DNA of 64,000 nt from NCBI RefSeq assembly GCF_053078305.1, contig NZ_CP166879.1. One strand, given 5' to 3'. The notes under the pieces are model-generated. The model saw only the letters and a list, made by a program, of their open reading frames with translations, was not told where the DNA came from and searched no databases. Shown here in pieces: positions 1 through 13,074 of the stretch. A program made the translations under genes and the position numbers. How positions within the stretch are numbered: position 1 is the stretch's first letter; every line of letters begins with the position of its first letter.

Positions 1-8
1 GTCTTCAA

Positions 9-36
9 GAGCCAGCGCCCGCTGGCTCTTTTTTTA
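9..36 (+). terminator. Rho-independent terminator, presumably the 3' end of the upstream gene (asnS in K-12)
   Basis: GAGCCAGCG-ccc-GCTGGCTC hairpin followed by a run of 8 T, read directly. Confidence 0.6.
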
Positions 37-384
37 TCTTTTCTGTCAAGTTATCTGTTTGTTAAGTCAAGCAATCTATTTGCAACCCCGCCATAACGAT
101 CATCCTGTTACGGAATATTACATTGCAACATTTATGCGCAAAAAATAATCCGCATTCTTATTGCGGATTAGTTTTTTCTTAGCTGATAGCACAATTTTCA
201 TACTATTTTTTGGCGTTCTGGATGTCTGAAAGAGGATTTTGTGCCAGGTTGATAAAGTTTCCATCAGAAACAAAATTTCCGTTTAGTTAATTTAAATATA
301 AGGAAATCATATAAATAGATAAAAATTGCTGTAAATATCATCACGCCTCTATGGAAATATGACGGTGTTCACAAAGTTCCTTAA

Positions 385-448
385 TTTTTACTTTTAGTTA
401 CATATTTTTTCTTTTTGAAACCAAATCTTTATCTTTGTAGCACTTTCA
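385..448 (+). promoter_or_regulatory. ompF promoter-proximal OmpR-binding region (F1-F2-F3-like sites)
   Basis: TTTACTTTTAGTTACATATTT, TTCTTTTTGAAACCAAATCT and TTATCTTTGTAGCACTTTCAC lie 150-210 bp upstream of the ompF ATG and match the remembered K-12 ompF control region. Confidence 0.6.
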
Positions 449-595
449 CGGTAGCGAAACGTTAGCTTGAATGGAAAGATGCCTGCAGACACATAAAGAC
501 ACCAAACTCTCATCAATAGTTCCGTAAATTTTTATTGACAGAACTTATTGACGGCAGTGGCAGGTGTCATAAAAAAACCATGAGGGTAATAAATA

Positions 596-1669
596 ATGAT
601 GAAGCGCAATATTCTGGCAGTGATCGTCCCTGCTCTGTTAGTAGCAGGTACTGCAAACGCTGCAGAAATCTATAACAAAGATGGCAACAAAGTAGATCTG
701 TACGGTAAAGCTGTCGGTCTGCATTATTTTTCTAAAGACAATGGTGTAAACAGTTACGGCGGAAACGGCGACAAAACTTATGCCCGTCTTGGTTTTAAAG
801 GGGAAACACAAATCAATTCCGATCTGACCGGTTATGGTCAGTGGGAATATAACTTCCAGGGTAACAACTCTGAAGGCGCTGATGCCCAGAAAGGTAACAA
901 AACTCGTTTGGCATTCGCAGGTCTGAAATTCGCTGATGCGGGTTCTATCGACTACGGTCGTAACTACGGTGTGGTTTACGACGCACTGGGTTACACCGAT
1001 ATGCTGCCTGAGTTTGGCGGTGACACGGCATACAGCGATGACTTCTTCGTTGGTCGTGTAGGCGGCGTTGCTACCTATCGTAACTCCAACTTCTTCGGTC
1101 TGGTTGACGGCCTGAACTTTGCCGTTCAGTACCTGGGCAAAAACGAACGTGCTGGTATTCCTGAGCGTTCCAACGGCGACGGCGTCGGTGGCTCTATCAG
1201 CTACGAATTCGAAGGCTTTGGTATCGTAGGTGCTTACGGTGCAGCAGACCGTACCGACGCCCAGGAAGCCGAATTCCGCGGTCAGGGTAAAAAAGCTGAA
1301 CAGTGGGCAACTGGTCTGAAGTATGACGCGAACAACATCTACCTGGCAGCGAACTACGGTGAAACCCGTAACGCTACGCCAATTGAAGGCGGCTTCGCCA
1401 ACAAAACGCAAGACGTTCTGTTAGTTGCGCAATACCAGTTCGATTTCGGTCTGCGTCCGTCCATCGCTTACACCAAATCTAAAGCGAAAGACGTAGAAGG
1501 TATCGGTGATGTTGATCTGGTGAACTACTTTGAAGTGGGCGCAACCTACTACTTCAACAAAAACATGTCCACCTATGTTGACTACATCATCAACCAGATC
1601 GATTCTGACAACAAACTGGGCGTAGGTTCAGACGACACCGTTGCTGTGGGCATCGTTTACCAGTTCTAA
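596..1669 (+). CDS. ompF: Outer membrane porin OmpF (loop-variant allele)
   Basis: 357-aa ORF; signal peptide [22 protein letters not shown] and beta-barrel core match remembered E. coli OmpF; divergence is confined to loop segments. Confidence 0.95.
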   Translation: MMKRNILAVIVPALLVAGTANAAEIYNKDGNKVDLYGKAVGLHYFSKDNGVNSYGGNGDKTYARLGFKGETQINSDLTGYGQWEYNFQGNNSEGADAQKGNKTRLAFAGLKFADAGSIDYGRNYGVVYDALGYTDMLPEFGGDTAYSDDFFVGRVGGVATYRNSNFFGLVDGLNFAVQYLGKNERAGIPERSNGDGVGGSISYEFEGFGIVGAYGAADRTDAQEAEFRGQGKKAEQWATGLKYDANNIYLAANYGETRNATPIEGGFANKTQDVLLVAQYQFDFGLRPSIAYTKSKAKDVEGIGDVDLVNYFEVGATYYFNKNMSTYVDYIINQIDSDNKLGVGSDDTVAVGIVYQF

Positions 1670-1694
1670 TAGCACACCTCTTTGTTAAATGCCG

Positions 1695-1726
1695 AAAAAA
1701 AAAGGACTTTGGTCCTGTTTTTTTTA
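1695..1726 (+). terminator. ompF intrinsic terminator
   Basis: A-run, AGGAC-tttg-GTCCT hairpin, then T-run immediately after the ompF stop. Confidence 0.55.
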
Positions 1727-1854
1727 TGCCTTCCAGAGCAATCTCACGTCTTGCAAAAACAGCCTGCGTTTTCATCAGTAATAGTTGGAATTTTGTAAAT
1801 CTCCCGTTACCCTGATAGCGGACTTCCCTTCTGTAACCATAATGGAACCTCGTC

Positions 1855-3045
1855 ATGTTTGAGAACATTACCGCCGCTCCTGCCGACCCGATTCTGGGCC
1901 TGGCCGATCTGTTTCGTGCCGATGAACGTCCCGGCAAAATTAACCTCGGGATTGGTGTCTATAAAGATGAGACGGGCAAAACCCCGGTACTGACCAGCGT
2001 GAAAAAGGCTGAACAGTATCTGCTCGAAAATGAAACCACCAAAAATTACCTCGGCATTGACGGCATCCCTGAATTTGGTCGCTGCACTCAGGAACTGCTG
2101 TTTGGTAAAGGTAGCGCCCTGATCAATGACAAACGTGCTCGCACGGCACAGACTCCGGGTGGCACTGGCGCACTACGCGTGGCTGCCGACTTCCTGGCAA
2201 AAAATACCAGCGTTAAGCGTGTGTGGGTGAGCAACCCAAGCTGGCCGAACCATAAGAGCGTCTTTAACTCTGCAGGTCTGGAAGTTCGTGAATACGCTTA
2301 TTATGATGCGGAAAATCACACCCTTGACTTCGATGCACTGATTAACAGCCTGAACGAAGCTCAGGCTGGCGACGTAGTGCTGTTCCATGGCTGCTGCCAT
2401 AACCCAACCGGTATCGACCCTACGCTGGAACAATGGCAGACACTGGCACAACTCTCCGTTGAGAAAGGCTGGTTACCGCTGTTTGACTTCGCTTACCAGG
2501 GTTTTGCCCGTGGTCTGGAAGAAGATGCTGAAGGACTGCGCGCTTTCGCGGCTATGCATAAAGAGCTGATTGTTGCCAGTTCCTACTCTAAAAACTTTGG
2601 CCTGTACAACGAGCGTGTTGGCGCTTGTACTCTGGTTGCTGCCGACAGTGAAACCGTTGATCGCGCATTCAGCCAAATGAAAGCGGCGATTCGCGCTAAC
2701 TACTCTAACCCTCCAGCACACGGCGCTTCTGTTGTTGCCACCATCCTGAGCAACGATGCATTACGTGCGATTTGGGAACAAGAGCTGACTGATATGCGCC
2801 AGCGTATTCAGCGTATGCGTCAGTTGTTCGTCAATACGCTGCAGGAAAAAGGGGCAAACCGCGACTTCAGCTTTATCATCAAACAGAACGGCATGTTCTC
2901 CTTCAGTGGTCTGACAAAAGAACAAGTGTTGCGTCTGCGCGAAGAGTTTGGCGTATATGCTGTTGCTTCTGGTCGCGTAAATGTGGCAGGGATGACACCA
3001 GATAACATGGCTCCGCTGTGCGAAGCGATTGTGGCAGTGCTGTAA
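1855..3045 (+). CDS. aspC: Aspartate aminotransferase
   Basis: 396-aa ORF matching remembered AspC ([20 protein letters not shown]...). Confidence 0.97.
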   Translation: MFENITAAPADPILGLADLFRADERPGKINLGIGVYKDETGKTPVLTSVKKAEQYLLENETTKNYLGIDGIPEFGRCTQELLFGKGSALINDKRARTAQTPGGTGALRVAADFLAKNTSVKRVWVSNPSWPNHKSVFNSAGLEVREYAYYDAENHTLDFDALINSLNEAQAGDVVLFHGCCHNPTGIDPTLEQWQTLAQLSVEKGWLPLFDFAYQGFARGLEEDAEGLRAFAAMHKELIVASSYSKNFGLYNERVGACTLVAADSETVDRAFSQMKAAIRANYSNPPAHGASVVATILSNDALRAIWEQELTDMRQRIQRMRQLFVNTLQEKGANRDFSFIIKQNGMFSFSGLTKEQVLRLREEFGVYAVASGRVNVAGMTPDNMAPLCEAIVAVL

Positions 3046-3051
3046 GCGTTA

Positions 3052-3088
3052 AAAACAATGAAGCCCGCTGAAAAGCGGGCTTTTTTAT
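3052..3088. terminator. Bidirectional intrinsic terminator between convergent aspC and gloC
   Basis: AAGCCCGC-tgaaaa-GCGGGCTT hairpin flanked by an A-run and a T-run. Confidence 0.7.
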
Positions 3089-3095
3089 GTGTGCC

Positions 3096-3743
3096 TTACC
3101 AGACGGGCATTTCGTCTTGCAGGAAGGGATTATGCAGGCGTTCATAACCAAGTGTGGATAATGGTCCGTGACCCGGAATAAATGTCACGTCATCCCCCAG
3201 TGGCAGCAATTTATCTTTGATTGAAGAAATCAGTTGATTATGATCGCCACGCGGGAAGTCACTGCGCCCTACTCCGCCTTTGAAAATAACATCGCCAGAA
3301 ATCAGCAGCTTTGCCCGATCATCAAAAAACACGACATGACCCGGCGTATGCCCAGGGCAATGTAACACCTGTAAAGTCACATTCCCTATGCTGATGGTAT
3401 CGCCTTCTTTCAGCCAACGATCTGGCGTCAGCGGCTGACACTCTTCCAGACCAAACATACGACTTTGCGCAGGCAAGCCTTGCAGCCAGAACTCATCTTC
3501 TTTTTCCGGGCCAAAAACCGGCACGCCGTAATGTTGCGCCAGTTCCGCCGCTGCGCCAACGTGGTCCAGATGACCATGCGTCAGCAGGATCTGCATCAGT
3601 GTCAGGCCGCTGGCATCAACTTCCTGTTTGATTTTTTCCGCATCGCCGCCAGGATCGACCAGTGCGGCCAGTCGGGTTTGTTCACACCAGATCAATGAAC
3701 AGTTCTGGGAGAATGCGGTGACCGGAATAATACGATAGTTCAT
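3096..3743 (-). CDS. gloC: Hydroxyacylglutathione hydrolase GloC (YcbL), metallo-beta-lactamase fold
   Basis: 215-aa ORF with THGHLDH metal-binding motif; position after aspC. Confidence 0.9.
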   Translation of the reverse strand: MNYRIIPVTAFSQNCSLIWCEQTRLAALVDPGGDAEKIKQEVDASGLTLMQILLTHGHLDHVGAAAELAQHYGVPVFGPEKEDEFWLQGLPAQSRMFGLEECQPLTPDRWLKEGDTISIGNVTLQVLHCPGHTPGHVVFFDDRAKLLISGDVIFKGGVGRSDFPRGDHNQLISSIKDKLLPLGDDVTFIPGHGPLSTLGYERLHNPFLQDEMPVW

Positions 3744-3769
3744 ACTGCCCCTGTTTCGTTAAGCAATTA

Positions 3770-4318
3770 CTACCAGTGCCGTGCTGGCCCGGTATCAATA
3801 TGCACAAAGTTACTACGTGGGTAATATCCTACACCACCTGCGCGCATAGATAACGCGGCTTTGCGAATATTGCTTAACGCGATACCTTCAATATGGAAAT
3901 CCATCGCCTGGCCTTTAGTGTGATAGCTTTTCTTCGCTACTCCACGGCTGCGGGCGCGTAGTTCATTGTTGGTATCAATGGAACGATAACCGGAAATGAG
4001 TTGCACCGGTTTGCGGGTGCCTAATAACCCTTGCAGGCGATACAACTGGTCGAATAATCCTGGGTCGATGGACTTTATTTTGTTCGCGCGGTAATCGCGG
4101 AAAAAATGGTTAAGTTTTGCCAATTCTTCCTGAATATAGCCTCTGCCATCGAAAAACTCCGCTTTGATTGACTCTCCGGTATGAAGATTATTGAGTGTCA
4201 AAATGCGCGGGCGTGGGGTAGAGAGTGTTGCAAACGCAGGGGTCGGCAGGATGGCGGCACCGAGTGCAACGCCACCAAGCGCCAGCAATTTGCGGCGATT
4301 AGCGTCGAATTTGTCCAT
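3770..4318 (-). CDS. mepK: Peptidoglycan L,D-endopeptidase MepK (YcbK), Tat-exported
   Basis: 182 aa from MDKFDANRRKLLALGG (twin-arginine signal); the ORF-track start 3 codons upstream is rejected. Confidence 0.9.
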   Translation of the reverse strand: MDKFDANRRKLLALGGVALGAAILPTPAFATLSTPRPRILTLNNLHTGESIKAEFFDGRGYIQEELAKLNHFFRDYRANKIKSIDPGLFDQLYRLQGLLGTRKPVQLISGYRSIDTNNELRARSRGVAKKSYHTKGQAMDFHIEGIALSNIRKAALSMRAGGVGYYPRSNFVHIDTGPARHW

Positions 4319-4498
4319 GATAATCAAGTCTACAGGTCAATGTTATCGTTTATATGCACTTCTGGCGCACAAGAGGCACCTTAACCGCCCGTAAAGCAGA
4401 CGTCAAGATGACTCAACCCCAGCAGTGACGGGGGCTGCAGAGAACCACCCCCAATCATGCTAATTATTACGACAACTGATTTCCCCGAACTACTTCAT

Positions 4499-6346
4499 TT
4501 ACCTGATTAATTGTTCCGCTTTCGATACGATTTGCGAGCTGGATCGCGCAGGCAGATCATAATTGTAAATATCTGTACGATACTGGGTACGACCATCTGC
4601 ACCAACAAAGGCCGTCAGGTAGTAGAGATTCACCGGAATCGACTGCCGAATATTGACGTAACGTGTATCACCCTGCTTCAGCGCATCAGAAATACGTTTG
4701 TCATTCCAGCCTGCATCCTGCAACAGCATATTCGCCAGATCGGAAGCTTTATTCACTCGTACACAGCCTGAGCTCAATGCGCGTGTATCACGCTTGAACA
4801 GATTGTGGTTCGGCGTGTCATGCAAATAAATGGCCTCTGAACTCGGCATATTGAATTTATAGCGCCCCAGCGAGTTCCGTGGGCCTGGAGCCTGCTGGAA
4901 GCGAAACGGTAAATTCGAGGCCGTGATTGTAGACCAGTCAACCTGCCATGGGTCAATCGCTTCTCTGCTGTTCCAGCCGCGCATCACCGTATAGCCATGG
5001 CTTTCGAGATATCCCGGATCGTTGCGCACTTTCGGCAGAATATCTTTGCGTGCCAGAGTTGGTGGTACGTTCCACGGCGGGTTTACCACTACGTTGTTAA
5101 GTGCACTGCTCATCATCGGCGTTTTGCGATCGGGGCGACCGACAATGACTCGCGAATCCAGCACCTGATTGCCGTTCTGATAGTAGACCAGCGAATAGGC
5201 CGGAATGTTAACCATGATCCCGGTAGAAAGCTCTGTTGGCAGCAAGCGCAATCGCTGGATGTTGAGTGCCAACACGCCAGCACGCTGGGCGGGCGTTACG
5301 TTTAACCAGTCACGCGTTGCCGGGCCAATAGCACCATCTGCCCCCAATCCTTGCCATGCCTGAAAACGTTTAACGGCTTCCACCAGTTCATTATCGTAGG
5401 CGGCGCGAACGGCAGGCGCAGGTTTACTACGAGACGTCGTTTGCTTATCCATCGGCTTAGTTTCTGCTGTTTCAACAGTAACAGCGGATGGACTGACTAC
5501 CGCGTCAGTTGGCGTGTCATCGCCAGGTAGAGTAATTTTCGGCCCCCCGTCCAACATGCCTGTGCGTTGCAATATTTCACGCAACGCCGGTACGTCGTTA
5601 CTCCACTGCCCTGGGCGCAACGTTGCTTTGCCGGTCAGTTGGGGCCACGGTTTGGTGTCACTGAGTAAGGCCAGTAACGATTGATGCATCGCCGCATATT
5701 GCGGATGCTGCGGTGCCAGTCCTGCAACAAACGTAGGCAATTGACCTTTATCCAGCGCCTGCTGCCATTGGTTAATCACCGAAAGCGGCGGCGTTGCAAG
5801 CGCATAAGGTTTACTGCTATATAGCCAGCGAGTGCCTTTGACCGGAATATTTGCAATGAAATGGAGATAGCCCATCATCGCATCAGAGAGCACCACGTCG
5901 CGTGCCATCCCGTTAACACCAGGATCGGTCAGTAACTCTACCCATTTATTAAACTGCGGCTGGAAACCGGCAATCGCCACCTCTGCCAGCTGTTGCTGGA
6001 AGGCTTTAACAGCATCACGGTTTTCCCACATGGGTTGCATATCGCGTGCGGCATACAACAGTTGAAGCTGGTTAAGATAAACCGGCTTGTAACCTGCGGG
6101 TAATTGAGATTCGATTTGCGTGCGGGCTTTTTCTGCCGCACCTTCAGGCAATGGCTGGATCCCCGCCATTATTGCCGTGGCTTGCGCCTGCGGCAGTGCC
6201 TCGCCCTGTTCACTGACAGCCACCGGGCTGTCGCCAGGGATTACTTCAGGCTCATCGGCCTGCGCATTGAACAGTGGAGCGAATGTTACGGCCAGGCACA
6301 AACTGATTGCCGACAGCCGACGACCACACATCATATTAAGCAACAT
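4499..6346 (-). CDS. ldtD: L,D-transpeptidase LdtD (YcbB)
   Basis: 615-aa ORF with N-terminal signal peptide and YkuD-type catalytic region (HDTPNHNLF...SSGCVRV). Confidence 0.9.
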   Translation of the reverse strand: MLLNMMCGRRLSAISLCLAVTFAPLFNAQADEPEVIPGDSPVAVSEQGEALPQAQATAIMAGIQPLPEGAAEKARTQIESQLPAGYKPVYLNQLQLLYAARDMQPMWENRDAVKAFQQQLAEVAIAGFQPQFNKWVELLTDPGVNGMARDVVLSDAMMGYLHFIANIPVKGTRWLYSSKPYALATPPLSVINQWQQALDKGQLPTFVAGLAPQHPQYAAMHQSLLALLSDTKPWPQLTGKATLRPGQWSNDVPALREILQRTGMLDGGPKITLPGDDTPTDAVVSPSAVTVETAETKPMDKQTTSRSKPAPAVRAAYDNELVEAVKRFQAWQGLGADGAIGPATRDWLNVTPAQRAGVLALNIQRLRLLPTELSTGIMVNIPAYSLVYYQNGNQVLDSRVIVGRPDRKTPMMSSALNNVVVNPPWNVPPTLARKDILPKVRNDPGYLESHGYTVMRGWNSREAIDPWQVDWSTITASNLPFRFQQAPGPRNSLGRYKFNMPSSEAIYLHDTPNHNLFKRDTRALSSGCVRVNKASDLANMLLQDAGWNDKRISDALKQGDTRYVNIRQSIPVNLYYLTAFVGADGRTQYRTDIYNYDLPARSSSQIVSKAEQLIR

Positions 6347-6567
6347 CCCTTGCCCCCTGTTTTTATCATACTCTGAATAGCCAGGCTGTTATTTTACGAC
6401 TTGCCTGTACAACGCCAATACTCACGAAAGTATGACGAGCAAGCCTGTTACTCATCAGGCTTATTTTCAGTATATAAACGCCGATACGTTTTTACATAAC
6501 CTAATGTAAAGAAGTTTAAAGAAAAGCGCGCCGTAATGTGCCACTTTTTTAGTGCAGAAACGGAGTT

Positions 6568-6602
6568 TTCGGAAAAAGAAAAGGCGGCATTGCTGCCGCC
6601 TT
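6568..6602 (-). terminator. Intrinsic terminator after mukB
   Basis: AAGGCGGCA-ttgc-TGCCGCCTT hairpin with a U-run on the minus strand. Confidence 0.6.
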
Positions 6603-6606
6603 AATT

Positions 6607-9600
6607 TTAACTCGCCTGAGAAGGCGCTTCGTCACTTCCTGGAAGCGTTTCAGGGAGTTGCGGCGCAAATCCTCGCAGGCCGACGACGTGAACGTGTTCG
6701 GTATTCTGGAAGACTTTACGCACCAGTTTATAGGTGGTGCCTTTCTCCGGGCTGATATTTTCCGGCGCTGCGATGATGAGCTGCATTTGCAAACGCTCAC
6801 ACAATTCAAACAGCGTGGCGATAGAACGAGCATCCAGTCGCGCTGCTTCATCGAGGAACAGCAGGCGGCAAGGAGAGATATCTTTACCGCGCAGGCGGCG
6901 AGATTCATCTTCCCAGCTTTGTACCACCATCACCAGAATCGACATACCGGTACCAATCGCCTCACCGGTCGACAATGCACCAGACTCTGCGCGCAACCAG
7001 CCATCGGAACCACGGTTAACCTCAACTTCCATTTCCAGATAGTTGCGGTAATCCAGCAGTTCTTCGCCAATGGTCTGCGGCGTGCGCTGCCCCATATCAA
7101 TCTGCGGATTAAGACGCTGATACAATTTCGCCAGCGCTTCCGAGAAGGTCAGACGGTTGCTGTTAAACAGATCCTGATGCTGCTCATGCTGTTCAGAGAG
7201 CACATCCAGCAGCATGGCGTGTGTTTCACGCACGTTCACGTTGAGGCGCACGCTGTTCACCTGACCAAACGATACGTTCTGCAACCCCTGGTTGAGCATA
7301 CGGATACGGTTCTGCTCGCGCTGAATGGTTTTGCGAATGATGTTCGCCACGCTGCGGGAACTGATCGCCAGTTTCTGTTCACGGGAGGTTAATTCTTCGG
7401 TCAGACGGCTAAGTTCGATCTCCATCTGTTCGATAGCTTCCACCGGATCATCGGTACGAATAATATCCTGACGAATACGTTCACGCAGATGCTGATAAAC
7501 CGCCACGAAGAACTGAATTTTACGCTCCGGACGTTTCGGATCTTCCGACATGCGCAGCACGTCGCGCAGATGTTCGTTATCCGCCACCGCCAGACGCAGC
7601 GCACCTAACGCCTTATCCGACATGGAACGCAAATCATCAGCGGAGAGATAAGCCAGCTCACGACGGTGTAAGCGCCGTTCAACGCCGTTATCTTTCACCA
7701 TGCGCATGACTGCACACCAGCCCGCTTTCGCGGTCACTACCTGCTCGCGCATCTCAAAGTAATCACGCTCCAGCTTGCGCAGTTTGCGGGTCAGGTTGTC
7801 CATCTCCGCTTCGCAGAAGGTGAGCGCTTTTTCCAGTTGATTGCGGCGCGAACGGTTATTGCTCAGTTGTGCATGCAGCTCGTCACGGCGAATACGTGCC
7901 CGCTCTTCTGCCCCGCTATCAGCACGCACGCCGATATCCTGCAATTCACGTTGCAGATCGTTGAGTAGCTCTTTTTTGGTGTCGTAAGAACTTTTCAGCG
8001 AAGCCAGCACCTGGTTGTACTGACTCAACTGCGCTGCGTGACCGCGCAACGCTTCGCGAGCGCGGGTACGCTCCGCTTCCGCCTGTTCCAGACGTTCACG
8101 CAGTTTTTCGTTGAGATCGTTGTTACCGCTAAGCATTTCTGCCGAGTCAGAGTAGCTAAAGTGCGCACGACGCTGCACCACTTCCGTCAGGGCAAACGCC
8201 TGCTGACGGGCATCGCGCTGCATCTGCTGAGAGTACGCGTAATCTTCTTTTAACTGTTCGAACTGTTCCGGGTCGCTCTGCAATACCGAAACGATCGGTT
8301 CCAGTTTCGCCAGTTGATTGCCAAACTGCTGAACAAAACGCGCGGCTTCCTGGGCTTCATCCAGACGTTCGCGGATTTCATCGACGCGATCCGCCAGGCT
8401 GTCATCAGCCAACAGGTTGAGACGCGGCAGAATGCGGTTCAGCGCCGTAACGCCCTCTTTCGCCTGCTCAAACTGAATACGCTGCTGCTGGTTATCATTT
8501 TCATGATTACTCAACGCCCGCTCCAGTTCGACGCGACGGCTGTTCAGTTGACGGATTTCTGCTTCCGGGTCAGACTCAAACGCCACCGCCAGATGACTAC
8601 CGATAAAGCGGCTGAACGCCTGATGCAAACGCTGGGTTTTCTGTACATCAAAGGAGAGCGTGGCGAAGCGTTCGGAAAGCACTTCACGCTCGGCATGGAG
8701 ACTTTCAATACGGCTTTCACGCGCAGCACGACCAAACAGCGGCACTTCCGGGAAACGTGAATAACGCCACTGACGATCGGCGATTTTCACCACCACCGCT
8801 TTTTCCAGCTCATCAACGCTGAACACGCTGTCATCGAATGACTGCGGATCCCCTTCGATCAAATAGAGATCTTCCGGGCAATCGGTCAAGCCTTCCAGGT
8901 GTTCAGTTACCTGTGATAGATCTGGCACCACGATGGCGTGGCGTGACGGGCCATACAGCGCTGAGAAGTACGGCGCATCTTCCAGGCTAACGTCGTCATA
9001 AATTTCTGACAGCAGCACACCACCAAAACGCTCCGCCAGCGCGTTCAGACGCTGATCTTCAGAGCCGCCAGGCTGGCTTAAACGTTCGATCTCTTCATCG
9101 ACGGCGTTTTTGCGCGCGCCTACTTCATCGCGTTCAACAATGGCCTCGCGCTCACGCTCCAGCAACTGTTGCAGATATTCAGTGACGTCCTGGCTGGAGG
9201 TGAACTCTTCGCCGCATTGTTCGCTCAACTGGTTGAGACTGTTTTGCGCTGCCAGCCAAACCGGTGCACGCTGCATCAAACTCTGAATGCGAGACTGCAG
9301 CTGTTCCTGCTCCTGGCGCAGTGCCATACGCTCTTCGCGGGCGTTAGACACGCTATCGGAAAGAGAGGCAATACGCGCTTCCAGCTCCTGATGCAGGGCT
9401 TCCAGTTCGTCGATATCAAAATTCTTGCCCTGACGTTTGCAGAAATCTGCCAGCAGACGCTCAGCTTCTTGCTGCTCGCGCAGACGCTGTTCCAGTTCAC
9501 TTAAGCGCATCCGCAACGGTTGAACCTGATCTGCCAGGTGACGCTGCTCGACCCCTTCGCGCAGCAGTTCGCGGGCGACATCCCACGCCTCGTTACGCGC

Positions 9601-11067
9601 CAGCGGGCCGTTGATTGCCATCACCAGCTGATAAGCCTGCTCAAACTGGCTGTGCGCGGTTTGCGCCATGCTCATTTTCTGCTCAAGAGAGAGCATTTTT
9701 TCAGTCGCTTCCAGCTCTTTCGCCTGGAAGGTTTCCAGCCATTCGGCGGCGCTGTCGGCGGTTAAGTCCGGCAGATGGCACAGTTCTTTGGCACGATTAA
9801 GCGCAGCAATCGCCTGGTTATACTGGATCGCGCGCGTTTGCTGGACGTCCAGCGCCTGCTGGTAGTCAGCAAGCTGGCTTTTCAGCTCGTCCACTTCCAG
9901 TTCGGCAGCTTCCGCACGAGCCTCGTTCTCTTCCTGGCGTTCGATGGCTTCTGCCACCACTTCGTTTTGCTCTTCCAGACGGATCTGCAGCTCATCGAGA
10001 TCCGCTTCGTAGCGTTCGATCTTCTCCTGCTGACGCAGTGCGGTTTGCACCAGATTCAGGTGATCGCTGGCCGCCTGATAATCCGCTTCCAGATCGCCTT
10101 CGGCACCGTTGTGCTCTGCCAGCTCACGCGCCATATCGACGTGTTTGTACTGCTCAGCCGCCAGTTGCTGACGCGAAGTATGTAGCTCGCGACGAAACTC
10201 CAGCGCTTTGTCGAGATGGACACGGCGCTCGTTGGCGTGACGCATGTAGTCCGCCGCCACGTAGTTGGTAGCTTCGCTGATCAGATGCTTAAACAGGTCA
10301 CGGTCCGACTGGGTGACACGAATCGCTTCCAGCGTCATGCGGTTTTCACGCAGCGCCGCTTCCATGTCCTGGAACGCTTTACGCACGCCGCTGTTTTCCG
10401 GCAACAGGTAGTCGCGCAGAGAACGGGTAATGGCACTGGAGATCCCGCCATACAGCGAAGCTTCGATCAGACGATAGAATTTGCTACGGTCAGATGCGGA
10501 GCGCAGACGACGCGCGATGATGCCCAGATCGAACATCAGCGAGTGGTAATCGGTAATGGAGTTGAACTGTTTAAACTGCACGCCTTCCATCGCCTCGAGC
10601 TTGTCTTTCAGCTCGTTAAGCGGCAGCACGCGCGCCTGGCGTTCGTTCAGAGTTTCGGTCACCAGCTGTGTCGGCTGCACCGACATCGGCAGTCCCTGAA
10701 TGGCAAATGGTTTGATATCCACTTTACGATCGCGTCCGGCAACCTGTTGCAGACGCACACCGACCACCACGCGCTGGTGGCGCGAGTTAATGGTGTCGAG
10801 CATCGAATAACAGACACCCGCTTTCAGCTTACCGTGCAGACCTTTATCGCGCGAACCGCTGGTGGCCCCGGCTTCCGTAGTGTTACGGAAATGCAGCAGG
10901 GTCAGGTCGGGGATCAGCGCCGTAACGAACGCCGCCATGGTGGTGGATTTACCCGCCCCGTTACCGCCAGAAAGCGTCGTGACCAGCTCGTCAAGGTCAA
11001 AAGTTCGGGCAAAAAAGCCGTTCCAGTTAATCAGCGTCAGTGAGCGAAATTTACCGCGTTCAATCAT
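6607..11067 (-). CDS. mukB: Chromosome partition condensin subunit MukB (SMC-like ATPase)
   Basis: 1486-aa ORF; N-terminal Walker [10 protein letters not shown], long coiled coils, C-terminal ABC signature. Confidence 0.97.
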   Translation of the reverse strand: MIERGKFRSLTLINWNGFFARTFDLDELVTTLSGGNGAGKSTTMAAFVTALIPDLTLLHFRNTTEAGATSGSRDKGLHGKLKAGVCYSMLDTINSRHQRVVVGVRLQQVAGRDRKVDIKPFAIQGLPMSVQPTQLVTETLNERQARVLPLNELKDKLEAMEGVQFKQFNSITDYHSLMFDLGIIARRLRSASDRSKFYRLIEASLYGGISSAITRSLRDYLLPENSGVRKAFQDMEAALRENRMTLEAIRVTQSDRDLFKHLISEATNYVAADYMRHANERRVHLDKALEFRRELHTSRQQLAAEQYKHVDMARELAEHNGAEGDLEADYQAASDHLNLVQTALRQQEKIERYEADLDELQIRLEEQNEVVAEAIERQEENEARAEAAELEVDELKSQLADYQQALDVQQTRAIQYNQAIAALNRAKELCHLPDLTADSAAEWLETFQAKELEATEKMLSLEQKMSMAQTAHSQFEQAYQLVMAINGPLARNEAWDVARELLREGVEQRHLADQVQPLRMRLSELEQRLREQQEAERLLADFCKRQGKNFDIDELEALHQELEARIASLSDSVSNAREERMALRQEQEQLQSRIQSLMQRAPVWLAAQNSLNQLSEQCGEEFTSSQDVTEYLQQLLEREREAIVERDEVGARKNAVDEEIERLSQPGGSEDQRLNALAERFGGVLLSEIYDDVSLEDAPYFSALYGPSRHAIVVPDLSQVTEHLEGLTDCPEDLYLIEGDPQSFDDSVFSVDELEKAVVVKIADRQWRYSRFPEVPLFGRAARESRIESLHAEREVLSERFATLSFDVQKTQRLHQAFSRFIGSHLAVAFESDPEAEIRQLNSRRVELERALSNHENDNQQQRIQFEQAKEGVTALNRILPRLNLLADDSLADRVDEIRERLDEAQEAARFVQQFGNQLAKLEPIVSVLQSDPEQFEQLKEDYAYSQQMQRDARQQAFALTEVVQRRAHFSYSDSAEMLSGNNDLNEKLRERLEQAEAERTRAREALRGHAAQLSQYNQVLASLKSSYDTKKELLNDLQRELQDIGVRADSGAEERARIRRDELHAQLSNNRSRRNQLEKALTFCEAEMDNLTRKLRKLERDYFEMREQVVTAKAGWCAVMRMVKDNGVERRLHRRELAYLSADDLRSMSDKALGALRLAVADNEHLRDVLRMSEDPKRPERKIQFFVAVYQHLRERIRQDIIRTDDPVEAIEQMEIELSRLTEELTSREQKLAISSRSVANIIRKTIQREQNRIRMLNQGLQNVSFGQVNSVRLNVNVRETHAMLLDVLSEQHEQHQDLFNSNRLTFSEALAKLYQRLNPQIDMGQRTPQTIGEELLDYRNYLEMEVEVNRGSDGWLRAESGALSTGEAIGTGMSILVMVVQSWEDESRRLRGKDISPCRLLFLDEAARLDARSIATLFELCERLQMQLIIAAPENISPEKGTTYKLVRKVFQNTEHVHVVGLRGFAPQLPETLPGSDEAPSQAS

Positions 11068-11771
11068 TATTGTTCCTCTCCGCTATCTGGCTGATTCTCT
11101 TCGGTTTCATCGTTGAGTTGCAGATGATTTTCAATCGGCATTGCTTCGCCATCACGAATCAGGCGACGCTGTGCTTCACGGGGATCGTCGCCAGCACGCA
11201 CATCGGCTCCGAAGCGGAACACCGATTCGGTAATGCGGAACTTGCTGCTGTCGTGGCCCATAAACCACACCATGCCTAAACGACGCAGACGGTTGAGCGA
11301 AGAACGTACTTTCTCCTGCAACTTCTGACGGTCAACGTCTGAACCGGTTGAACGGTTGTTCACCAGTTTCAGCAGTTTCGCTTCATCGGCCAGGGTGAGC
11401 AGTTCGTCGTACAGTTCCTGTTGAGTAAAAATCCCCTCATTCGCCAGCCGTTCCGGGCTGAGATAGAGATAGCAGAGGATTTTCCCGACCATCATATCCA
11501 GTTCCGACAAGACGGAACGAGGGATCAGCGTGGTGGAACGTGGACGTAAATAGAAGAACCCTTCCGGTGCACGAATAAGCTCAACGTTATAACGCGCGTA
11601 AAACTCTTCCAGATATTCCTGAAAATCCATCAGGAATGCATGATTATCCAGTTCGTCGAGGCCAATATGGCGGCCTGAACGTAAGGCGCTGTCCAGCGCC
11701 GGAAATAACGGATTCGCCAGCGCCTGCGCCAGCTTAACCGGCAACACTTGTTCAATATTTGTCGATGACAT
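11067..11771 (-). CDS. mukE: Condensin subunit MukE
   Basis: 234 aa from MSSTNIEQV; stop overlaps the mukB start; the ORF-track start is 9 codons longer. Confidence 0.9.
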
Positions 11772-13074
11772 GCGCCTGTACCTTGGCTCCGTAATCATTA
11801 ATCGGCTGCCATTTCGCTGGCAGTCCGGTGAAATCTGCTTGCGCTACGCCAAGACGTACCGCCTGATCAATAACAATGCGCGCAACGTCAAAGTGACGTG
11901 CACGCGGATACTGTGACAGATATTCGCGTACCACCAGACCAAGATCCAGCGGCACTTGTCTGGTTTTGTACACAGCAAGTTGTTCTTCGATGATCGCCGC
12001 CAGCTGTTCGCGGATCTCGTTAAACTCTTCGTATTCCAAATCTGGCGGAAGTTCCCCAGTCACTTCTTCATCGCGCAGTGCCATCTCTTCGTCACGCATA
12101 TCCAGCAGACGATCGGCATTGGCATAAGTTAGCGCCCACGGCTCATCAAAATAGGTTTGTACCGACTGACGTAACCGCTGAGCAAAGACGCGGTTTTTAT
12201 CCATATCGATCGCGGTACGAATAAATTTGTGTACGTGGCGGTCGTAGCCAATCCACAAGTCGATGGATTGCTGGCCCCAACTGATAATACGGTCGAGTTT
12301 GCTCTGCAGATCGAACACCAGACGATCGACAAAATGCAGATCGTCATGAGTCATCGTCGCATCCTGAATGCGCAACAGATTAGCCTGCAATTTGTCGCCT
12401 GCCGCTTCCAGTGTATCCTGCAATTCACGCAGCGTTCCGGAAGTTTCCGAAAGCAACAATTCACAGCTGGAAATCGCCGCCCGCCAGTCTTTGTTCAGCA
12501 ACTGGGCGATATCGTCCTTCACCTGCTGCTGCTGTTCGTCCATCAGACGTTGCGTCAGGTCGATACTGTCGAAAATTTCTGCTACCGAATATTTCAGTGG
12601 CGCATAGACATTACGGTGCCAGTGAAATTCATCACCGCCCTCTTCGGCGGCATCTGCTGCGCGTTTGAGCTCACCCGCCACAATCGACAACTGCATAGAA
12701 AGGCGCAGCGTAGAAAACTCGCGCTGACGGATGTAATAGTCAGTAATGCCGATGCCGAGCGGCGTCAGACGGTAAATTGCGTTCCCTTCTGCCTGCTCGC
12801 TGGTAAAGCGGTTCAGCAGACGTTGACGCACCATGTCGTTGATCGCGTTATTGGCGCGCACGCCGATGGTTTCGCTGGTTTGCTCAAACGCATCACTCAC
12901 ATGGCGGAATGCATCCACCAGCTCGCCTTCACTCATCTCACCATCCAGACGCTCGCCGTTCAGCGTGGCAACCGCCAGCAGAAAAGAGAGTCGGTCTACC
13001 GGCAGCGAGATGGAGAAGTCATTTTTTCTGGCCCAGGCAACCAGTTCGGGGACTGTCTGGGAAAATTCACTCAT
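11752..13074 (-). CDS. mukF: Condensin kleisin subunit MukF
   Basis: 440-aa ORF; overlaps the mukE start; conserved muk operon order. Confidence 0.95.

Noticed and set aside
6658-11043. Several 100-275-aa plus-strand ORFs inside mukB
   Set aside because: All are antisense to the clearly identified mukB reading frame, with no start context
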